The notes beneath the pieces are model-generated. The model did no database searches. It was not told where the DNA came from and was given only the letters and a program-made list of their open reading frames with translations. A stretch of DNA of 63,658 bases, the filler included, from Rhabdomonas costata (Eukaryota): assembly GCA_019059605.1 (NCBI GenBank). It is 48 parts of 48 records of this genome, joined end to end, with 100 filler letters (N's around TTAATTAATTAA, not from the genome) between each part and the next. Parts side by side here need not be neighbours in the genome. Positions count along the whole stretch, not along the records: positions 12,004 to 13,231 come from JAHMHO010022801.1; positions 13,332 to 14,557 come from JAHMHO010022802.1; positions 14,658 to 15,881 come from JAHMHO010022803.1; positions 15,982 to 17,209 come from JAHMHO010022804.1; positions 17,310 to 18,537 come from JAHMHO010022805.1; positions 18,638 to 19,869 come from JAHMHO010022806.1; positions 19,970 to 21,196 come from JAHMHO010022807.1; positions 21,297 to 22,524 come from JAHMHO010022808.1; 40 more parts are not named here. One strand, given 5' to 3'. Shown here piece by piece: positions 12,675 to 25,400 of the stretch (positions are counted from its first letter, which is position 1; every line of letters begins with the position of its first letter). The translations under genes and the position numbers were made by a program.

Positions 12675-15432
12675 TATTGCAATTAGCCCGTTAAGTGGGA
12701 AAGGGAGCGACCCTAACCCAATAAAGCTGAGGGCTTTTTTCGCAACGAAATAAGGGAAGGGGAGCGGCCCAATCCCTAATTCGTGTGACGGGGAGGCTCG
12801 GTTGTTTCACCTGTCCCCCGGTAAAACAAGATACGAAGAACAGAAACTGCAGGGGGGGACTATGGCTTTGACCACTGTCCTGTTTCACACAAAAACTACA
12901 CTGGGGGGAGAATATTCCAACAGCTCGCGCACGACGCCTTGTCAGCGACTTCGGTTTCGTCCTGGGATTGGCGAACGACTCCTCGCCCTGGGCAAAACCG
13001 AGGCTTCCTCCGCTTTCGGCGGCTTGGCAAATCAACCCACACACAAACACACACACCAACACACACACACACACCAACACACACACACACTATTCAGAAC
13101 GCACAAGAAGTATAAAAGAAAACCCAATTTTCTTGGGGCTTTGCCCCGTGGTTCTCCTTGTCATTGGGGACCCGGATGGGCCTTGGGGAAGACGAAGTTG
13201 AAGGCAGCAAACGGGGGTCACCCAACACCCCNNNNNNNNNNNNNNNNNNNNNNNNNNNNNNNNNNNNNNNNNNNNTTAATTAATTAANNNNNNNNNNNNN
13301 NNNNNNNNNNNNNNNNNNNNNNNNNNNNNNNTGTGGTGGTGAAATTTACCATTCAGTTTTTTTGTTGTTTAACCAATCATGATCCAGGCGGACGGGAAAA
13401 CAGCATGCATGAGAAACAACAAAAAAACTGAATGGTAAATTTCACCATCATCTTGCCAGAAATACATTCAAAAACATCGCCCGCATGGTGAACAGGTGGG
13501 CTGAAGAACGGCACAAAAAGGAACGCGACCTTATCCGATGACGGTGACGGGGAAAAGGCAGTGAGTTTTGCGCCAGAAGGGTGCTCCCGCTGCCCCTTGG
13601 AGAGAAGATCCGGCAAGGCAGGTCGGGAGAACTCTTCCTGAAAAGGACTGGAACTCAACGTTTCGGTTCTCGGACGGCTCCACGCAGGGCACGTGGCTTT
13701 CTCAACCTGAAGAAGACGTAAAACAACAGAAAAATCATCATTGGGAAGAACACCAGAGGCCCCTTACCCAGACAGTAGTGAAGGGATCATCGGAAACAAC
13801 TCTCTTAAAAGTAGGGCCAGTGCAAACAAATTCGACATTCTCCTTGCGTGGTAGGTGTGACGGGGAATGGTATGAGTTGAGTGAGGAGGTTTTGGGGCAA
13901 TCGCTCAGTACCCGCACTGCTTGGGAAGGTGCTGAAAGCGCCGCTGCAGCCTTCTGCAGGGAAAGAAAGCGATCCTGCAACGCGCTGCTACTTATCCCAC
14001 CACCAGACCGAAGTCGACGGCAAACCTGCATGAAGAGAGGCCAAATGCTGCATAAATAAACCGGCTTAGTCCCTTATTTAGACGACACCTATCGCTTCCT
14101 TCGGTAGCAATTGCATCTTGCGATGCACAAACCAAACAGAAATTCTTGAAACTTAATTCCATGTCCCGTCATCCTGAGAGAATTATGAAGGGAATAAAAA
14201 TCCCCAAAGCATGAGCATGAACAAACACCACAGAAACGTTTCAAGGCAAAACTTGAAAGACCAGCTATAAAAACGGGTAAAATCTTTCATGTTTGCCAAG
14301 AACCCCAAAAGTTCCTCCGATCCGAACCAGATAAGACGTGTCATTGCTTACATATCGTCTTCGTGTTTCATTTCTCATCGAGAAACCAAAAGACAGTGGC
14401 GACGCTGTCTTATTTTCAACGTGCAAAATGCTTGTGAACGACTACCTATCAACAGAGATGGAGAACAAACGAAATGCCACTATCGGTGGATGGTCTGGAA
14501 GTCCTACCAACTCGAAATATTTGCTCAGCAACTCCGCCTCCTCTGGATTTCCAACAANNNNNNNNNNNNNNNNNNNNNNNNNNNNNNNNNNNNNNNNNNN
14601 NTTAATTAATTAANNNNNNNNNNNNNNNNNNNNNNNNNNNNNNNNNNNNNNNNNNNNCACAGGCGGTGCTTGTGACTCCACTCTGGTCTTCTTAGCTTCG
14701 GAAAACTTGACCTCGGGCCGGGTGGCCAACGGTCTCAGAAATCCATTCCAGGCCTTCCCGGAGGCCTTCTCCCGAGATTCCACACGCTCCCCGAATGAAC
14801 CTGCCACCCGATGAAAGCCCAAGGCAAATCACCGTTGACCATATGTGTGACCTTATGGATCAGATCGAGAATCTGATCCATAAAATTAGATTCTGAGATA
14901 ATCGGGAATGAAGGGGAAGGTGGGATTTCTTGAAGTGGAAGTGAAATTTGTTTGATTTTTTCTTGTTTCACATTGTGGCGTTCCCATCATTGGCAAGTGT
15001 CACCCTGCGGTAGATCTCTTTTGTCTCTTTTGTTGTCGCCATAGCTGAGCTTGGGGCGAGAGCGCGCAGTCAAGAACGAAGCAGGTGCAGAAGGAAGGGT
15101 ACAAGCCCGTATACGATTACCCAAAAACGAGAGTCTAAAAATAAAAATGCGCAAATATGTCCCGCGTCATATCAAGAAAAAGAGGTGGGGGTAGATGCAA
15201 CACAGGCTGAAAAGAAGCAAAAACACCCTCAGGAAAAACCACTCTGCAACCATTTTCAATATCTTTTAAGTCCGATCCCATTTCGCGTTCGTTTTCTATT
15301 TATCAGCGGTCATCGCAAGGAACCTTACCCTCCATGAGCAATGGGTTTCGCTTGCAGGCTCGTGGGGAGATTCGGGGAGCATATCAAGCACAGATATATG
15401 AAAAATGCAGAGAACGTGGGAATGCCAGAGAC

Positions 15433-15585
15433 CAGGTTTTGTGCCTCAGGGAGAAAAGCCGCAAACCGTCCGCGACCTCGGCGGTGCTCATCGCATTGGG
15501 CAAGTCTTGCTTGTTCGCAAAGACCAGCAGAACGGCATCCCGAAGGGTATAGTCGGACATCACCTTCATCAGCTCCTTCATGTCT
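15433..15585 (-). CDS. Arf/Arl small GTPase internal exon
   Basis: [48 protein letters not shown] contains the G4 motif NKQD in Arf context. Bounded by tttatAG and GT. Confidence 0.9.
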
Positions 15586-15981
15586 CTATAAAAAAGAGAG
15601 CGAAAGAGAGAACCAAAAGTATGCCTAATTCGTATCCAAGACGTCCTGGCCTTATTATTTTTTGGCCTTACCAGGGACAGCAATGAGAAAGCGACCAGAC
15701 GCCATCTATCAGAAAGCAAGCGATGGCAGCATCCCAATTCTTACCCAACAACACCAGTCGTGGAATTCTTGCGGTAGCAGGAGTCAGCACAAACAAAAAC
15801 AGGAAGAAGAAAGGCAAGGAAAACCAGTGTGGATTCGAATGTAGCAATGACACAAAGCAGGGGGGTCTTACCCAACCAACANNNNNNNNNNNNNNNNNNN
15901 NNNNNNNNNNNNNNNNNNNNNNNNNTTAATTAATTAANNNNNNNNNNNNNNNNNNNNNNNNNNNNNNNNNNNNNNNNNNNN

Positions 15982-16954
15982 AAGTCGGGGAGCCCGAGGT
16001 AGTGGTGGACCACTCCACGAGCCGGGTGGACTACTTTGGGCCCGCGGTGAACGAGGCGGCACGGGTGGAGTCCCGGGCGCATGGCGGGGAGATCTGCCTG
16101 ACCCAGGACGTAATGGCGCAGATTGGGCGCTGCGGGGCGTATCACGAGTGGGATATCACGTTTACTGGGGAGCACTCCTTCAAGGTCTGCCCTTGCTCAC
16201 TTATCTCTTCTCAGGCTCCTCTTTGTCGCAGCTACAGCTCCCCTCTGAGACACCCGAAGGTTTCGGAAAAACGCGCCGTGAAGGTATCATGTCTTCTTTG
16301 TCTTGAGACGGAAAAGGAAACATGCAGACAGGTGAAGTAAAGCGATGCCACTTTTAGCCTAAGACGCTCGTACCCTGGGGTGCTCGCACGAGTACTGTTG
16401 TCAGACTTGGGGTGCCGGCTCAGCAGAAACAGGACCCTCCGAATGCCCCGGGCTCTGGGCAGAAAACGCGCGAAAGTAACTCGGTGTCCTTCCCCCTCCA
16501 GAGTCAGTTGGAGGTTGAATGATCATTGCTCTGGCGCCATTGGTTTTTCATCAGAGAGTGGTAATATCTGTTGTCGCGCTCGTCCAATGACCGGGTGTCT
16601 GGAAGAGGGTGGAGGGGGTTTTATGAAGTTTTATATTCTCTGGGGCAATGACAGGGGGTCAGCCAGAAAATCCCGGTGTACTCCCTGCACCACTGCACCC
16701 TTGCGGAGCGCTCGTATCCCCCCGACAAGCCCCTGACGTGCGACCACTGCCAGGAGCCTCTGGAGTGCCCGCGTTGCACTGGCTACGCGGAGCAGCTCAC
16801 CAGAGCGCCCTCCATGAGGAGACTTCCCGGTGTGAGCCCATCCCCGAAGCGCATAGTTTTCGAGGCAGTTCGACTTGTCTTGGGTCGTGTTTTGACTTGC
16901 GGGCCTATTTACTCCGAATCCCGGTTCATTTCGGCAATGTGCTTCCTTTGTTAG
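15982..16954 (+). CDS. Class III adenylate cyclase, catalytic C-terminal part (exons <15982-16184 and 16655-onward; end uncertain)
   Basis: RVDYFGPAVNEAARVESRAHGGEI. Removing GT..AG intron 16185-16654 restores GEHSFK|GVSQKIPVYSL...LAERSYP. Confidence 0.88.
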
Positions 16955-17571
16955 AAGCCTTCCTTTACGTCTCTTCCGCTTCCCCAGCTTCGCCGAGACA
17001 CCACAGAGCTGGGAGGCTCTCTGTGGTCTCCGGGTTTCCGCGGGACGGAACTGGAAGCCCCCGCAGCGCTGCTGCTGCCACCGCAAGGGTCCTCACCAGC
17101 ATCTCCGCGGTGCGCAGCTTCTCTCACCCGGAATCCTCACAGCTGTCGTAAAACCCATACTTCTCGCCCTTCTTGCCATCCTCCCACACCCACCCAAACA
17201 CACCAACACNNNNNNNNNNNNNNNNNNNNNNNNNNNNNNNNNNNNNNNNNNNNTTAATTAATTAANNNNNNNNNNNNNNNNNNNNNNNNNNNNNNNNNNN
17301 NNNNNNNNNAGTGGTTTGAGCTCTAGTTGATGAGTGGGAGTGTTGCGTTCACCTGTGAGGTGGCTTTTTATGCGTTGTGTCCTTCCTTTTCCTTCTTTTC
17401 GGTTACAAGAGCTGAGGGCTGAGGGCCTCACCTTAAAGACCCCCGCCCGTTCCCCAAAACGCATTTATTGCCCTTGCAACTGTGCTGTGTTTCCGTATTT
17501 CGAGAAACCATCGCAACTATCGCGAGAGCGGAAAGGGGCATTCTTTCGCTCATTCTTGCCTGCCGTTCCAG

Positions 17572-18367
17572 CTACAACTGGACTGTCCTGGCGGGGCTGC
17601 TGGACAAGTTCGGGTTTACCCTGGAGCCTGACATCAAGACTTTGATTGTTGCTGGGGGTGTGCGCAATGTGAGTGTGTCGATGTGTCGGTGTCTTCCAGT
17701 CGAGGTCTGCGGACTGTGGTTAACGTCGGGATAGCCAACCTGTCGTCTTGAGAGAGATTGGCGGGACACAGCGCGGCTGGATTGGGTCGTTTAAGGGGAC
17801 CTTGCCCCCATCGAAGTGCACATTGTGTGTGTACACGTAGCGCCGCGCCCAAATGACCCAGGGATGCTTCCGAAAGAATGGTTCCGGTTCTGGACATGGA
17901 ACACCCGAAAGACTCATTCATCACTGCAGCAGGGAAGACAAAAAAGGAGAGATAGCCACGACGAAGGGAGAACGTTATCCCGCAGAGAGTCCCAGCCACT
18001 GTCCTGCACACGCAGTATGACCCGCACGCCGTGGACGTGAACACGCACATCGCCTTGAACGACAACAAGAGACTGTGTGGGTCTGAGTCTGGGTGTGAGT
18101 CGGTGTGGGTTTGGGTAAGCGGTGGATGACTGATGCAGCAAACAGAGGTAGCCTAGTTCACCCACACCACTGCTTTACCCCCCCCCCTCCGGCTTCTTCT
18201 CGCTCCAGACGTGGAGATCCTGGTGGATATGGTGAAGAGCGTGCACCAGCACCTGGTGCACCGCGAGCAGGCCGTGCAGCGCAGCCAGGCGGAGGCCGAG
18301 GAGAGCCGGCGGCTGCAGAAGCAGCAGGCCCATGCCCTGAAGGCCCTGGGGAAGGGCCCCCGCAAGC
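17572..18367 (+). CDS. Possible calponin-homology (SPEF1/CH_2-like) plus coiled-coil protein (exons 17572-17657, 18209-18367)
   Basis: Spliced YNWTVLAGLLDKFGFTLEPDIKTLIVAG|DVEILVDMVKSVHQHL followed by an E/Q/R-rich helix. Intron phases are compatible. Confidence 0.5.
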
Positions 18368-18918
18368 GTATGCGCGTCGCTCGTCGCGGTGGGATTGTTG
18401 TAGTCGAGCCTGTGGCGCCTCCTTTTGATTTCACCACATTGGTGGTATTGTCCACGGCACCTCAAAACAACTGAACAACTGAAAAAGGTGCACACTAAAT
18501 CAGGCTTTTTTGGACTTGGAAGCTAAGCTAAAAAAAANNNNNNNNNNNNNNNNNNNNNNNNNNNNNNNNNNNNNNNNNNNNTTAATTAATTAANNNNNNN
18601 NNNNNNNNNNNNNNNNNNNNNNNNNNNNNNNNNNNNNTTTGTGGTGAGACCTGAGCAGCAATGGAGCAATGCAGGTAGCCGCTGGAAAAGAGCAGCTGCG
18701 CGACAATGGCCCGGGACCCGTGGGGCTGAAGGGAGGTTACCAGATGTGGAACGTTTGGCGGTGAGCCGGTTTCGGTTCCCCACGGCACCGTTCGCTCCAA
18801 AGGCACCTCTCGCGAGCACCCGTGGCCAACAGCGCGTGCGCCAGTCAGTCCACAGTGGTCACCAACAAACCAAGCAACCAGTCAACCAGGCAACAGCCAG
18901 CGTGCAATGTGTCCAACG

Positions 18919-18989
18919 CACACACACACACACTCACTCACTCACTCACTCACTCACTCACTCACTCACTCACTCACTCACTCACTCAC
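18919..18989 (+). repeat. (CA)n then (CACT)n microsatellite
   Basis: Directly visible. Confidence 0.95.
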
Positions 18990-21650
18990 CTGGAGTGGAT
19001 GGTATGGCGGAGACCCGTGGGAACATGAGCTCGAGGAAACGCAGATCCGACAGGAAAGAACGTTCCTTGGAATTTACGAAAACCCTTCACAGTTGGGAGA
19101 GTGCTGGATAATTAAACCAAAGGGAGAAGTAGCCCGAGCGCAATTCCGAGGCTATTACTTTGCAATGAGACGCCTCTGTTCCGCCGTGGTGGAGCTGGAG
19201 ACCGACATCGTAGCGATCAGTCTCGCCCTGAACGGAAGAGTGTTTGCCACCGAAACCGCGGCAAGGTGAGTACAGGCGGCACTGCAGAAAAATCAGGAGC
19301 GCAAGGTGGGATCCCGCAGCCAAAAGCCAGAAGGAGGGAGGGAGGGACGAGGAGAGGGAGGAAAGGAGGAGGAGGAGGAGGAGGAGGGAGAGCGACACAT
19401 AAACACAGCCAAAAAAAAACTCCCGCTTCCGCGGTGACCCCAAGCACCGGTCCGAACCTACCTCTCCAAGGTTAAAGGATAGGACAACGTGGCAGGGGGA
19501 GCCGTGTCCTGCGGGAGAAACCCAAAAAAAACGGAAGAAAGAACCTCGCGGGACGCCACCATCACCGCGAGCGAGCCAAGGTGGCGTCAAGGCGGCGCAG
19601 CCGCGGCAACACGGCCCGCCCCAACAAAGACGAAAAAAAACCGCGACTGCACTGTACACTTGATAATCAGCCCCGCCGCCTCTCAGGGCAGAGGGATGTG
19701 GCAGCAGCGAGGAAGGTGGGAGAGGTATTTACTCCAGGGGCCCTCCACAAAGGTCTGTGATGACCAGAAAGAAGAGGCAACCAATTCCAACCAGGTCCTC
19801 CGCGAGTGAAGGAGGATAGGCCAAAAGCCGAAAATGGGGACTGCACCCGCCAAAAACCAAAGTCGTCATNNNNNNNNNNNNNNNNNNNNNNNNNNNNNNN
19901 NNNNNNNNNNNNNTTAATTAATTAANNNNNNNNNNNNNNNNNNNNNNNNNNNNNNNNNNNNNNNNNNNNTTTTTGGGTTTATCATCAGGTAATTTTTTGC
20001 GTTGCCCTACCACTGGGGAACGTTTCGGTCCTTTTAGGCTACACACTTGTACAATCCAGCTGTAGGTTGATGGAGGATCTCTGATGACCTTTAACTTGTC
20101 GTCTGCGATCCGTTTTTTTCGAATCGGATATTTCTTGATCAATTCCGCGTAGTGCTGATTGAAATGCCCTATTTCGGGCATTGCTCGTCTTCAATGCATT
20201 GGTCATTTGGTCATAGAGATGTATTGGTCTCTTGATTCAGTTTTTTGTTAAGATTTTCGGCAGGACGAAGTAAAGAACACAACACAATCTCTAAAGTCTG
20301 GTTTGGGACAACGAAGCACTGGCAAGCACAATTGATGAAACGATTCAGAAAAAGGAATTTTCTTCCAATCATCAGCTCTCGTTTCCGGCCCGCTCAATCA
20401 ACTCATGCCGATCTTCCAAAGATTCTTCTAGAGAGCGATTTATTCCTTATCTCTTTTCATCGCTTTATCTCTCTCCAATTCATCGGGTTTGCTTGGGGAG
20501 GCACACCGCTTGCTCTCCAATCGCTTCTCCTCGGCAACATGTCAGGAGTCCCTCTTGGCGGACCGGCACTATCAGCCGCATAAGTGTCCCGATGACAGTA
20601 TGTACGCGTTACACATAACTTTGGCGTTTTAATCTTTAACAAACAATTTGGACACTTTTGCTGTTGTAATGCAAAGCGCAAGCGCATTTATTTCCTCATG
20701 TAGTTAATCGCAAACGCCAAAATTAACCCAATTGGAAGAATTGGGTTCTAGTTCAAGAATTATCGAACCTAAAGCCGTGATTTGTCTATTATTTTTGGCA
20801 GTGTGCTGTGATAAGTGCTTTGGTTAAAGGTATCTGTGATTAGAAAAAACTTCTCCGTACTTAAGTAAGTTACACCGTAAACTCGGAAATGCAACATACA
20901 ACATGGCTGTCTCAAATGAGCATGCCCTCACCCACAAAGTTAAAGTTTCAGTGTTAAGCTTCAGTGAGCAACATGGTCAGCTCACAGAATAACACCACGC
21001 ACAGTCATCCATGCGAGACCCGAATTTTTGCCGGCGTGCTCACTCACGCGTGTATGTCGAAGGGGCCCACTGTCCCTCGTATCAACTGCATTTATTTGGG
21101 ATTTTAGTGCTGATTCATCTTTTTTGATATCTATTTTTACCTACATTATCAACAACAATTCTTACAGAATTGACCACGCGCTTCAAAATATACCACNNNN
21201 NNNNNNNNNNNNNNNNNNNNNNNNNNNNNNNNNNNNNNNNTTAATTAATTAANNNNNNNNNNNNNNNNNNNNNNNNNNNNNNNNNNNNNNNNNNNNGGGG
21301 GGGTGGGGATGGTTTAAACTATTGAAACTAGTTGAAACTAGGATGCCTCTCTCACGGATATTGTTAGTGATTTTGGAACTGGAATGGGGGTCGGGTCATA
21401 CAAATTCGGGCAGGTTGACCATTGGGAAACTCCGGCTTTATGATCAGAGTCGAAGGTATGCCCAAGCCATCTGCATGTTCCATTGCATTTTGGCTGTGTG
21501 TTTTTTTTTGGGATTTGCGTTCGTTTTTTCCAGGACTAATTTCCATGTGGCCGTGAATTTCTGAACGTTAACATCCCATGTTGAGGATATGGATGAGAGG
21601 TTGCAGCCCTGGGCTGCATGAGGTGTGTGTGTTTTGGGGGTTGGTTTTAG

Positions 21651-22427
21651 GTGTACGGGGTCAACCAGCTGGCCGCAGACTACTACAAACGAGCCCTTCC
21701 CCTACTGCGAGTGCACTATGGCGACCAGCACAAAGACGTTCAGGAGATGGAGACCTTTGTGCAGAAAGTTGGTGTGCCTGTGTGTGTTTTTGCCCCTTCC
21801 ATGCGTACTCATACGCTCAGCCCTGCATGCTGGCATGGGTCAAAATTGTGTTCGCTTGCTAGTGTCTTCTGCCACTTTGCGGTACGCCGTCCAGAAAATG
21901 TGAGTCCTTACATCCGTAAGTCCTTAGCCCGCATCCGTGAGTCCTTACCTTCCGTCCGTCCCCGCCTGTAAAAAAATTCACATGATGCCTCCGCCCGATC
22001 TTTACTTTACCTTTTAGAATGCGTAAGAGTCGCTTTGGTTCGGTATGCAACAATGTGTTTCAACTGTGTTTCTGGCTTGGGGTAAAGTTCCGAGGTGTTG
22101 TGGATTCGTTCAGCACAGGGCGCGTCTGCTTTTGGTTCGTTTATTATAGAGGATGGCAGACTTCCTCCCTTTCTCGGCGCTGGGGAGGGCGCTCCTGATG
22201 GCAACGTCCAGCAGCAGTCCTCGACTGACAGCGCTTCGAAGGCCCCAAATAATCACCCGCAGCAGCAACCACAAAAGGTTCAACCCAATACCTCAAAGCC
22301 CAAGCCCAAGAAAGGTGCAGCGTACCGAGCCACAGCGCCTGCTGCCACCGCGGCTTCGGTTGAGGGGCGGCAGAGGAAGCCCAACCCCAAGCAGCGCTCT
22401 TCTCCACCGGCGGCACTTGAGGAGTAA
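21651..22427 (+). CDS. TPR (kinesin-light-chain-like) protein 3' exons with a low-complexity tail
   Basis: Exon 21651-21767 reads VYGVNQLAADYYKRALPLLRVHYGDQHKDV. A later Q/P/A-rich exon ends at the stop at 22427. Confidence 0.55.
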
Positions 22428-25400
22428 ACTGAGGTTACCCTTCGGGAGAGGTTGGATGGGTTTGCCCGAAATGGCTCTGGGGCAAAAGGTGCTTGTCGGT
22501 GAGATCGCGATTTCACCACCACCCNNNNNNNNNNNNNNNNNNNNNNNNNNNNNNNNNNNNNNNNNNNNTTAATTAATTAANNNNNNNNNNNNNNNNNNNN
22601 NNNNNNNNNNNNNNNNNNNNNNNNGTTGTGTGGGGGAACATGAGTGAACGAAGTGAGAGAGTGTGACGACATCGACATACACTTGAGAGGAACATGAGGA
22701 CATTGCCACGTCAGGGGCTAGGACGAATGTGACGACCCACACGAACTCAGGGAGTGCCTTGTACCTGCGGTGCCCTTTCGCTTCAGTGGTGGTTCATGCA
22801 TCTGTGTTACCTTCAGCATCTTCCCTCCACCCTTACACGCATTCTCAGTCCCCCTCGACGTGCGTTTTTGGTTACAGGGTGGGTGTTGGTAGCATCCCTT
22901 ACCCTGACAGCCCCTCTGTGACACGTACCAACAGAGTTGGAGGAGCGTAGATGGAGTGAGTGACTGACACACAGCATGGTTAGCTGGATGCACCACTGCC
23001 ATCCTTGCCACTACCACCCATACAGTAGCAGGATGGGTCTCAGGTGTAGCTATGGTGGTGGGAGCCACTGTCACTACCATTACGCTCACACTACTACCAT
23101 CAACCACCATGGGTACACAACTACTACCATGGCAACCTACCATGGGTTGGTCGTACACTCACGTTGATTGTGGTTGCGCAGGGCCATGAACGTGTGACGA
23201 CCTGCGAGGAACGTCCATGGCTCACCCTATGCCAACTCAACATCGGCGCAGTGTGTGTAGTTGAGTAACCTGTACCGTTCCTACATGACCTTGCCTCTGT
23301 TGTTCGCAGTGGCCTCTACTTGCATACTTCATCGTTGCCAACGTCATCACGTGGGGGCGTCTGGATTCCAGCCTGCTTGCCATTCGTGTAGTGGATCGTG
23401 TTTCAACACAGTAGGAATCACGGCTCTTACATGTGGGTCACACATGCTGCCAGCGCAGCGGTGGGTTCACGTGTCCGTAGAGAGGCGGTTTCACTCATGT
23501 TATCAGCTAGATATGGCAGTCTCAGTAAAGCTTCCAGGGTCTTCTTCATCTGTGATATCCCGAAGGACATCGGCAATCCGAAACCTGAACCCAACCCTCC
23601 GAAGAGGAACCCACCCTAGAATTCACACACACACACACCCTCCGTCACCCACGCACCCTCCGTCCCTCAGACCCTCGCATCGCACATACCCTCCCTCAGA
23701 CCCACCATCCCACAGAAACGCGAACACCGTCACCTTGACCCTCCACCTTCCAACGTGACACCGTGACACCGTGACCCTCCATCCTCACCTTCGCAACCTG
23801 ACCCTCACCCTCGCATCCTGAGCCTCCATCCAGACAACCTACCACACACACANNNNNNNNNNNNNNNNNNNNNNNNNNNNNNNNNNNNNNNNNNNNTTAA
23901 TTAATTAANNNNNNNNNNNNNNNNNNNNNNNNNNNNNNNNNNNNNNNNNNNNGGGGGTGGTCATTGGAACCGTGGGCTGGGAACTGTTGTGGTATGGCAG
24001 TTTTGTGGTTGGTTTACCCAGAGCCCTACCAGTTATAAAATTTGGAATATGCAGTTGAGGGACGCAAGGACCCGGGGTCCGTCACGGGAATCCCACGAAA
24101 AAAAAATAGTCATATTGCTATAGTATAATATATTACTATAGTATAATATTACTATATTCAATTACATCATAACATGGGATTCCCGTTTCGATCCGTCACG
24201 GGAACCGTTTCGTCGTGAACCCGTTTGGAACCCGTTCCGGTGGATCCCGTTCGCTCCCCGCGGGAACCGTTTTTGGGTCCCGGGTCGTCCGGATTCGGTC
24301 TGATGAACGCAGTGGCGAGCGTAGCGAGAGCGTGGGCCGGAGGCCCTCGTCTTCTCTCTTACACCCTTCTACCCTGCGGGGCCTTATGCTTACATCAACC
24401 CTTACATCATGGCTTGGAACGAGCGTACCGATGTCAGTCGGGGAGCGAGTGACTGAGTGGAGGAATGATGCGAGGGACCGAGCATCATGACGACTGTAGA
24501 GTGGAGGAGATGCGCAGCATCGACGACCAGCATCTTGTCATGGTGATGGAGCGAAGGCACCTTATGGTGGCGGAGCGACGGAACAACGCATCTAGGAGGC
24601 ATAACGAGCATCGCGAGGAATGCCGACACTCAACTCCTTCAGTCCCCCTAACCCATGCACACCCACACCCACACCCAACCCCAAGACACTCACTCAGCGG
24701 AAAAGGAGACGGAAACAGAGACAGGATCGCGCCGAAAGCGGAAGTCAACCACGGGAACCCACCACACACATTCTCGCTCGAAGTCAGACCCAACAGCCCA
24801 GATTCAGAGATCAACATCATCGTAGTAGTTAGTAACGTAGCGAAGGAAACCAGCAAACAACGAATGCGTAACCCCGAAGACAGAAACCGAACGCCGACAG
24901 ACCGAAGATCATGAAGCCCCACTACGACACCGAAACCCCACAAGTAGATGCACAGATGGATAAGGAGACCCGACAGTCCACGACAGCGACACGGCACTGT
25001 TTCGGCCTTCCAGCCTCATCAGGTGAACAAGCACACAACCCCAAATGCAAAGACCAACCCCGAATGCAAAGACCAACCCGAGACAGAAACATCCGAAGCA
25101 CTACCATCCTCAACTCGCAGACACTCACCCTCACCTTCCACTCCAACACCCAGGCACCTTACGCACAAACACCCACACACNNNNNNNNNNNNNNNNNNNN
25201 NNNNNNNNNNNNNNNNNNNNNNNNTTAATTAATTAANNNNNNNNNNNNNNNNNNNNNNNNNNNNNNNNNNNNNNNNNNNNTTGTGTGTGGACGACGTCTC
25301 CGTTTCTGCCATCCACACCCGGCCCCGCGTGGCCGGGTGTGGATGGCAGAAACGGAGACGTCGTCCACGCCCAGCTCCACCCCGACAATGCGGAAGGTGG

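Noticed and set aside
13200..13231. Possible tRNA primer-binding site upstream of gag (ggtgacccc on minus strand)
   Set aside because: It lacks a clear TGG start and overlaps the primer-like contig tail.
25285..25368. Long perfect hairpins as ncRNA, MITEs or hairpin telomeres
   Set aside because: They always abut contig ends next to primer-like tails, so fold-back amplification artefacts are the best explanation.
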